In this document: piece after piece, positions 57,630 to 64,000 of the stretch
Position numbering within the stretch: the stretch's first letter is position 1
Layout of the letters: every line of letters starts with the position of its first letter
Notes under the pieces: model-generated
Database searches by the model: none
Seen by the model: the letters and a program-made list of their open reading frames with translations, nothing else
Told to the model about the DNA's origin: nothing
Translations under genes and position numbers: made by a program
Assembly (NCBI GenBank): GCA_018819225.1
Contig: JAHJQN010000007.1
Span: 1 to 64,000, forward strand
Origin: Candidatus Micrarchaeota archaeon
Lineage (GTDB): Archaea > Micrarchaeota > Micrarchaeia > Norongarragalinales > SBBD01
Direction: 5' to 3'
Length of the DNA stretch: 64,000 nt

Positions 57630-58121
57630 TCAATACCGTTTCAGCGATTTTTCGATCCGGTCCAAGCGTTTGTTGATGGATTTCACGCGACCCGACGTGA
57701 CGTCGCGGCGCATGGCCTGGTGCTTCGTACCCACTTCACCACGATGACCAAACATGTTCTGGCGCATCTGCGAACCCCGCGAAAGAAACTGGTGCCACGG
57801 GGCCTGCGTGCGTTTCTCGTAGGCGTCCAACGCTGAAAACATGCCCATCGTCGTCGCCAAATAGGCGTCGCCAATCCCGAAATTTCCGCCGCTCATTACG
57901 ATAATGGGTTGTTGAACCGGTGGTTGAGAAGGGAGTTGGCCAGGGTCTTGCGGAGGAACGAGTGCGGGAGGAGCTGCGCGGTTAGATACCGCGGAATAGG
58001 CGCGCGAAAACATGAGGGCGAAGAACATGAAGAGTACGGCCAAGAAAATCCATTCGACTTGCAGGAAGAACGCTATGGCAGCGAGCACAATGAGAACATA
58101 GTAGACGGTGTTCTGTTCCAT
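57630..58121 (-). CDS. TM-hairpin membrane protein
   Basis: N-terminal TM hairpin, Pro/Gln linker, PIIVMSGG motif. Confidence 0.75.
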   Translation of the reverse strand: MEQNTVYYVLIVLAAIAFFLQVEWIFLAVLFMFFALMFSRAYSAVSNRAAPPALVPPQDPGQLPSQPPVQQPIIVMSGGNFGIGDAYLATTMGMFSALDAYEKRTQAPWHQFLSRGSQMRQNMFGHRGEVGTKHQAMRRDVTSGRVKSINKRLDRIEKSLKRY

Positions 58122-58508
58122 TTAATCGTGCTCGTCGTGTTCCCGGCGACGCGGCTGCCCCAAGCTGAAAAGGCTTTGAATAATACGGACAATGAGCACG
58201 ATCCACGCGCCCAATTTGCCGGAAATCCATTCGTCCCCGTCCGGATCGCCTGGAAAGTTGGGACGGAATTCGAATTTGCGGGGAAGGGCGCTACCTCCGC
58301 CTCCCGCTTGAACCACGATCGGCATTTGACCCCCCGGAGCCATGACGGCGCCTTGCATGGCCGCCGGCGCCTTTTGTTGGGTGGAGCCGAGCGCCATGAT
58401 GAGCGCGACGATGAATACGAGGAACGCGAGAAAAGTAGCGCCTGCAGACCAGAAGTAAAAAGCGATGCCGGCCATCACGATGAGCGTCAATGGATTCAAA
58501 TCATTCAC
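58122..58508 (-). CDS. TM-hairpin membrane protein
   Basis: N-terminal TM hairpin, linker, PIVVQAGG motif; abuts the next gene. Confidence 0.75.
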   Translation of the reverse strand: MNDLNPLTLIVMAGIAFYFWSAGATFLAFLVFIVALIMALGSTQQKAPAAMQGAVMAPGGQMPIVVQAGGGGSALPRKFEFRPNFPGDPDGDEWISGKLGAWIVLIVRIIQSLFSLGQPRRREHDEHD

Positions 58509-58802
58509 CTACATATACGGGCCATACCCCATGCCTTGCGGCTGGGGCTGGTCCGAATCCTTTTTCACGATGAGCAAGAGGATGAGGAAGAGCCCGCCTA
58601 ATAAAACAGGACCTTGCGACCCGCCCAAAAACTCCGAATTCCATAGAAAAGCCAGTACACCTCCGATCACCGCAGCCAAAAGCAAATACTTGCTTTTTGC
58701 CGTGATGAGCAACAACGCGAACAACGCCACCACGAGCATGGTGTTATTGCTTTGCGCCGCCAGTATCATCAAAATGACGATGAAAAGAAACGTAAAATCC
58801 AT
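58509..58802 (-). CDS. Small 4-TM membrane protein
   Basis: Hydrophobic, Gln/Gly tail; abuts the next gene. Confidence 0.75.
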   Translation of the reverse strand: MDFTFLFIVILMILAAQSNNTMLVVALFALLLITAKSKYLLLAAVIGGVLAFLWNSEFLGGSQGPVLLGGLFLILLLIVKKDSDQPQPQGMGYGPYM

Positions 58803-58812
58803 AATCTAACCG

Positions 58813-59061
58813 TTAATGTTCCGGGAATAGCCCTTCCAACATCACGTTGGGGAATTCCAACATGAACGTAATCGCGAAAACGAACCACGTAAACCACGTG
58901 ACGGGAATTAACACCAAGTACGTGATGACGATGGCGACGAGCAGCGAAATCATTTTATTGGGGATGTAGTGCAAGTTGAAGTGTTTGTACAAGGAGAAGA
59001 AAGTGAGGATTAGGATGACGATGTTCAAGCCGTCCATCAGACCGAGTAAAGGAAGGGTCAT
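58813..59061 (-). CDS. Small membrane protein
   Basis: Probable leaderless start after CGAAAACCTTTATA. Confidence 0.65.
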   Translation of the reverse strand: MTLPLLGLMDGLNIVILILTFFSLYKHFNLHYIPNKMISLLVAIVITYLVLIPVTWFTWFVFAITFMLEFPNVMLEGLFPEH

Positions 59062-59113
59062 AGGGGTTTTGGGACTTGCGAGCAATATAAAGGTTTTCGT
59101 GAGGGAAACCGCG

Positions 59114-60964
59114 CTAGGATGGCAAGCGTTTTTTCGCCTCCGCGGCATCCACATTCAAGCGAAAGCGGCGCATGAATTCCCCGAAACGGCGTTTTTCAGG
59201 CACGTTCGCGGGAATCGTTTTGAGGGCCGCTTCCAGTTGGGTCGGAGAAAACTTGTGCAAGCGGTGTTTCTTGAGCAAGGCAGTGAAGGAGTCTGAACCT
59301 GCGCCGCATTTGTGTTTTAAAAGCTCCGGAACCGCAGCGCGCACCACCTCGTTTTTAGAGAAAAGAGTGAAAAGTTCGCGCCAATCCGCTTCAGATAATG
59401 CGTCGCATGCGTAACCTTCGCGCTTCAACGCCCTCGAGGTTTCAAGGAGAGTCACGGCAATAAAGGAAGGCTCGGCCCGAGTATCCAACAGTTTCTCGAA
59501 CGCGATAAACTGTGAAGAACGCACCATTTTGGAAGCGAGTTCTTCATTCAACCCCCACTTCAAATAACGCGCCTTCTTTTCATCCAACGACTCCGTGCGT
59601 TCGGCATGAGAAGACGCCAGGCGCTGAGAGGAAATGGGAATCGGGGGAACATCCGTTTCAGGATACATGCGGGCCGCGCCCGGCAACGGACGCATGAAGA
59701 GAGAAAGGGAGCCTTGCGCTTTACGGGTTTCGTTAACGACGCCAGAAAGCGCTTGCTTACAACGAAGAAAAACCATTTCGAGCGCCTTGCGGCCGACCGC
59801 CGGCGTTCCAAGGCAAATAACGAAAAGGTCGGAAGGGGACGCGTCCAGTTCCGTGCGAATCGCTTGAATCTCGCTTTCCGAAAACCCGTACTTGGATTCG
59901 AGATCTTCATCGGAATGGATGATGCCTTTGGCGCGGGATCCTTGCTTGACGTGAGAAGCGATTTCGCGGCCAAACGTGTGTTGGGGCATGAGGTCTTTCT
60001 TGAAATAGCCGGCAAACCCCTTCAGTTTGAGGGCGAACGCTTTACCGCGTTCTTGTAAAACGCGCTGAACAAGAGGGGATGGAGTGTGAGAAAGCAATGA
60101 AGTGATGTCAACGGGAACGAAATCGCGCGTACTCAAGGAAACGCGTCGGGATTGCAGCTCATCCCGAACCTCAATCAAACGCGTTTGACGGAGCACCTCG
60201 TTCTCAACGAGCAGGGGGAGTAGTTTGAGATCCTGAGCGCCCTTGATTTCCACTCGAGCCCCGTTCGCAATGCTGATGTTAAGGTCTTGGCGAATCGTGC
60301 CGAGCCCACGCTGGACTTTTCCAGTAGCGCGCAAAAGTTTTCCTATGGATTCTGCGGCTTCTCGAACGTGGGTCGGGTCTTGAAGCGAGGGATCCGTGGT
60401 AATTTCAAGTAGAGGGATCCCTTGGCGGTCCAAACGAAAAACCGTTTCAGAAGGAGTGATTTCCATGATGCCAGCGCTCTCCTCCTCCAAGCAAAGCAAC
60501 GGAATGCGGACCGAACCTTTTGAGGTGGAGATCTGGCCGTTCAACGCAATGCATGCGGTACGTTGAAAACCGGAAACCGAAGAACCGTCGATCACTTGCT
60601 TGCGCATGACATGCACTTCATCCACGACGCGCATGCCCAGCATACGCGCGACTTGAAGTGCGGCATCGAGTGCGCTAGAATTTATTGCGTGCGGAGGTTC
60701 TTCGTCTGCTTCCACCGCGCATGAAGAGCGCGCGTCCAGCAAATAACGAAACTGCTTTCGTTTCGCGGCCTCGAAGCGAGCCGTGGGGTCGAGCTCGCCC
60801 AACTCACTGGATACGGCAAATAACTTTCGATGAATTTCCACGTCGGATGAAAGCGTTTGGGTGTTGGGATCGGAATAGCAGTCGCAGAAGAGCTTGCGGG
60901 TATCCAAACGCTGGTGGACCTCAATGCCGGCCTTGAAGCCCAGTTGAGAGTAATCGAGCGTCAT
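59114..60964 (-). CDS. gatE: Glu-tRNA(Gln) amidotransferase subunit E
   Basis: GIEVHQRL..KLFC, DEEPPH, DGSSVSGFQRT, GLGTIRQD, RPLPGAARMYPETD; ATGA overlap with gatD. Confidence 0.95.
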   Translation of the reverse strand: MTLDYSQLGFKAGIEVHQRLDTRKLFCDCYSDPNTQTLSSDVEIHRKLFAVSSELGELDPTARFEAAKRKQFRYLLDARSSCAVEADEEPPHAINSSALDAALQVARMLGMRVVDEVHVMRKQVIDGSSVSGFQRTACIALNGQISTSKGSVRIPLLCLEEESAGIMEITPSETVFRLDRQGIPLLEITTDPSLQDPTHVREAAESIGKLLRATGKVQRGLGTIRQDLNISIANGARVEIKGAQDLKLLPLLVENEVLRQTRLIEVRDELQSRRVSLSTRDFVPVDITSLLSHTPSPLVQRVLQERGKAFALKLKGFAGYFKKDLMPQHTFGREIASHVKQGSRAKGIIHSDEDLESKYGFSESEIQAIRTELDASPSDLFVICLGTPAVGRKALEMVFLRCKQALSGVVNETRKAQGSLSLFMRPLPGAARMYPETDVPPIPISSQRLASSHAERTESLDEKKARYLKWGLNEELASKMVRSSQFIAFEKLLDTRAEPSFIAVTLLETSRALKREGYACDALSEADWRELFTLFSKNEVVRAAVPELLKHKCGAGSDSFTALLKKHRLHKFSPTQLEAALKTIPANVPEKRRFGEFMRRFRLNVDAAEAKKRLPS

Positions 60965-62331
60965 TTCAGTTCCACCGACGTGAGACGCGGATTGTATTCG
61001 GACGCCCAATTCTGTAAGAGCATGTTTTGCACTTCCCGGGAATCGGACGAACGGCCCAGGGCACAACCGAGTTTCACATAAGCGGTTTCAGGAAGCAAGT
61101 CGCTGCAGAACGTAGCGCCTGCTGAAGACAACAAGCGCAAATTACGGTAGACGTTGGGATGCACGCGGCCGTTCAGGCATTGGGACGTAACGGCTAATAC
61201 GACTCCGTTTTTCACGGCGCGTTTGACTGCGGGAATCCAAGCGCGTTTTTTATCGTAGCCCGTCATGACCGTGCCGCTTTGGCCCGTGGGAACGTGACCT
61301 AACGCAAACGCCTCGAGAACCACGCCACGGTACTGGTTATCCACCAGATAATCAAGCAATGCCGGATCGGAACCCGGATAGAGTTTGAGTAAAGCCGTCT
61401 TGTTTTCAAAACGCGTGTCCGCCTTCACCTCGTTATCGGAACGTTTTCGTACGTGCGTCGCCAGCGCCTGGATCTCGCCTTGAGAAGAAATGCGGGCGAG
61501 CGGACGATCGTTAATGCTTTGAAACGCGTCGCGCTCCGACGTATGCATTTTTCGAACCTTGGTTCCACGGTGCGCATAACAAAAATCGTCGGAAGAAGAG
61601 CCGTGCATGACCACCGCGACTTCGGCAAAAGGAGAATGGCCGGCATAATGCGCTGCGCACAACAGATTCAAGCGGCCGTCAAAACTCCCGCGATCCGGAG
61701 AGCGTTGCGCTCCCACCAACGCCACGGGCTTGTTCAGGCCTGGAAGCATGAACGCCAGCGCCGCAGAAGAATAATGAAGCGTGTCCGTACCATGCGTAAT
61801 GATAACGCCCTTGAGCTCCAGATCGTTTAATGCGTGTTCCGCTTCTTCCGCGAGTTTCTGCCAGTGCCAAGGCTGCAAATCCTCGGACGCCATCGTGAAC
61901 GGAGAACGAACCGAACGAATAGTAACGACGTCCCGTAGCTCCGGCGTCGTGCCCAAAATTTCTTCGGGGGTACGGCACATGAATACGGCGCCCGTGGAAT
62001 AGTCGACGTGCGTGCCAATGGTCCCGCCCGTCGCGATCACGGATACCCCGGGAAGATTCTTGCCGGAAAAAGAGGATGCGGGAATGGAGGAGAGAACGCG
62101 TTTTTCAGAAGAGCGTTTTTCGACGCGAGCGGACGCGTCGGGCCGGAGCCCGATGTTGTAGCCGCTGGGAAGCTTAAGGACGAGAATATCGCGATCTTCC
62201 GCGGAAGCGGGCAACAATACTCCATCGTACTGCGCGGAACCGAACGAGATGCGAATGACGTCTCCTTCCTCAGCCTGCACGGTTTTTAAGAGCTGACGAA
62301 TCGCTTGAGAGTACATGGAAGCATCCACCAT
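60961..62331 (-). CDS. gatD: Glu-tRNA(Gln) amidotransferase subunit D
   Basis: KLPSGYNIG, TGGTI, HGTDT, GAQRSPDR, KMHTS, PETAYVKL. Confidence 0.95.
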   Translation of the reverse strand: MVDASMYSQAIRQLLKTVQAEEGDVIRISFGSAQYDGVLLPASAEDRDILVLKLPSGYNIGLRPDASARVEKRSSEKRVLSSIPASSFSGKNLPGVSVIATGGTIGTHVDYSTGAVFMCRTPEEILGTTPELRDVVTIRSVRSPFTMASEDLQPWHWQKLAEEAEHALNDLELKGVIITHGTDTLHYSSAALAFMLPGLNKPVALVGAQRSPDRGSFDGRLNLLCAAHYAGHSPFAEVAVVMHGSSSDDFCYAHRGTKVRKMHTSERDAFQSINDRPLARISSQGEIQALATHVRKRSDNEVKADTRFENKTALLKLYPGSDPALLDYLVDNQYRGVVLEAFALGHVPTGQSGTVMTGYDKKRAWIPAVKRAVKNGVVLAVTSQCLNGRVHPNVYRNLRLLSSAGATFCSDLLPETAYVKLGCALGRSSDSREVQNMLLQNWASEYNPRLTSVELK

Positions 62332-62361
62332 TCACTTGACCCGATGGAAGTTATTAAGGCT

Positions 62362-63603
62362 TTATTTTTGGGTTTTGCGGAACGCTTGTTTCAAGGCTTC
62401 GACGCCAGGCAATTTCTTTCCTTGCAAATAACTGACCACGGCACCGCCCGCCAGAGATAAATGAGAAATCTTGGAAGAGGGGATACTGAATTTCTCCATG
62501 GCCGCTAGGGAGTGCCCTCCACCCATCAATGAAAACGCTTTCGAAGAGGACACGGCTTTCAGGATTTCGCGCGTGCCTTGCTCGAATAACGGATCCTCAA
62601 ATTTTCCAACAGGACCCTTGAAATAAATCGTTTTCGCCGTGGATAAAATAGATTGGTATCGGGCAATGGTCTTCGCCCCGATATCGTACGTGGGACCGTT
62701 GGCTTGAGCGAGGTCCGTCACGCGAAACTCCTTGCGCGCTCCGTTCTCCCCGATGGCAACGTCTTGCGGGAACTCGATTTTAGAAGAATGCTTTTCCATC
62801 AGGGACTGGAGTTCGGGGAGAAGCGCGTCGTACCCGGCATCGCGAATCCACTGGCGTTTGGTGGGACCGATGTCGTAACCCTTGGCGAGCAAACATAATT
62901 CCCCTAAAACGCCGGAGGTGAGTATTTTGTCAACGGCTTTAGAAGAACATGCGAACTGGAGGAGAGTGAAGACGTCGTCGGGCTTGGCACCACCTAACAC
63001 GTAAACGTTGGGGTGTTCAGCAGTCTCCAACGCCTTGGATAGTCCAGCGAGTTCCCGTTCCATCACCCGGCCTGCAGCGGATGGAAGAAGGAACGCGGGA
63101 CCGACGAGCGAGGCCTGCATACGGTGAGAAGCCGAAAACGCATCGTTGACATAAAAATCGGCAATGGAACACAACCGCTTGACCATCAAGGCCTTCAAAA
63201 ACTGGTCTTCTCGCGGCACCTTCTCCGTTTCCTCCGAGTAAAACCGCGTGTTCTCCAACAGAACGATATCCCCGTCATTCATTTGACGAATCTCGTTCAA
63301 CACCGTATTTGAGAATAAGCCGTCCAGGAACCGAACCGGCCTGTTGACGTGTTTTTCGAGGTAAGAGGCATGGGTTTTCAAGGAAATAAAGTCGGTTGAG
63401 AATGGCCGGCCTTGATGCGCCAACACCACCACGCGGGCACCCTTCTTGGAAAGTTCTTTAAGCGTTATGGCGTGTTCGGCGAATCGCTTGGAGTCCTGCA
63501 AACCGGTTTTCGCATCAAACGGTGCGTTAATGTCCACTCGGACCAACGTCGTTTTTCCTTTGAAGTTGAAATCGTCCAGAGTAAAAAATTGCTTTTTTTC
63601 CAT
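62362..63603 (-). CDS. pgk: Phosphoglycerate kinase
   Basis: VRVDIN, AHQGRP, LLENTRF, NDAFSASHR, LGGAK, GGGH; GAGGTG RBS. Confidence 0.95.
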   Translation of the reverse strand: MEKKQFFTLDDFNFKGKTTLVRVDINAPFDAKTGLQDSKRFAEHAITLKELSKKGARVVVLAHQGRPFSTDFISLKTHASYLEKHVNRPVRFLDGLFSNTVLNEIRQMNDGDIVLLENTRFYSEETEKVPREDQFLKALMVKRLCSIADFYVNDAFSASHRMQASLVGPAFLLPSAAGRVMERELAGLSKALETAEHPNVYVLGGAKPDDVFTLLQFACSSKAVDKILTSGVLGELCLLAKGYDIGPTKRQWIRDAGYDALLPELQSLMEKHSSKIEFPQDVAIGENGARKEFRVTDLAQANGPTYDIGAKTIARYQSILSTAKTIYFKGPVGKFEDPLFEQGTREILKAVSSSKAFSLMGGGHSLAAMEKFSIPSSKISHLSLAGGAVVSYLQGKKLPGVEALKQAFRKTQK

Positions 63604-63733
63604 CACAAACACCTCGGGTATGGCCGACGAATGCGATTGGAATGGCGCGCTTGCGTGGTCCGTTCCATTCCGCTAACCGGATGCGCCCGTCCGCGTCGAA
63701 AAACGCGTTCACGGGAAGAGAGGTTTAATGCAT

Positions 63734-64000
63734 TCAAGACGTATCCACCTCGTACGGATGGGAAGCCAGGCGCCGGATTTCTTTCGCCCGCTCCTTTCCG
63801 ATTCCTTCCGCGGATTGCAGTGTTTTTTCATCCGCCGTAAAAATACGTTGAATGGTGCCCAGTTTTCTTAAAAGCGATTTCGCGTTATGCGGGCCAATCG
63901 TAGGAATGGATTCGATCACGAATTGCTGCTGTTCGGAAACGGAAAAGGATTTCTTTTCGTAACGAAGCGCCAGCTCTTTTTTCCCGTTCGTTTTTTGAAG
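63734..64000 (-). CDS. C-terminal (HhH)2 domain of an XPF/Hef-type nuclease (partial)
   Basis: QQFVIESIPTIGPHNAKSLL...GIGKERA; ORF open at the window edge. Confidence 0.8.
   Translation of the reverse strand, partial: LQKTNGKKELALRYEKKSFSVSEQQQFVIESIPTIGPHNAKSLLRKLGTIQRIFTADEKTLQSAEGIGKERAKEIRRLASHPYEVDTS

Overview
Archaeal chromosome segment, most consistent with a metabolically rather complete DPANN lineage such as Ca. Micrarchaeota (inference from gene content: GatDE, MCM, thermosome, Rpo4/L21e, AMP phosphorylase, split ADP-forming acetyl-CoA synthetase, many class III signal-peptide proteins, BRE/TATA promoters). Most of the window is housekeeping: pyrC/K/D, pyrG, GGGP synthase, pgk, gatDE, mcm, scpA and chaperones. 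The main unexplained signals are: (1) an ~860-bp ORF-free gap (7972-8833) that reads as a large, promoter-bearing, GU/GNRA-rich structured RNA on the minus strand; (2) an intron-containing tRNA-Glu followed by small cargo cassettes, each ending in a copy of the tRNA 3' end, with no integrase in view; (3) a stand-alone single-repeat (half) TBP; (4) two pilin-like LamG genes sharing an identical 120-bp 5' cassette; (5) a glucose dehydrogenase-gnd-cyclase operon; (6) a PriL-like protein lacking the usual Fe-S cysteines, plus two apparently catalytically dead proteases. All calls come from reading the sequence and motifs by eye; no database searches or folding programs were run.
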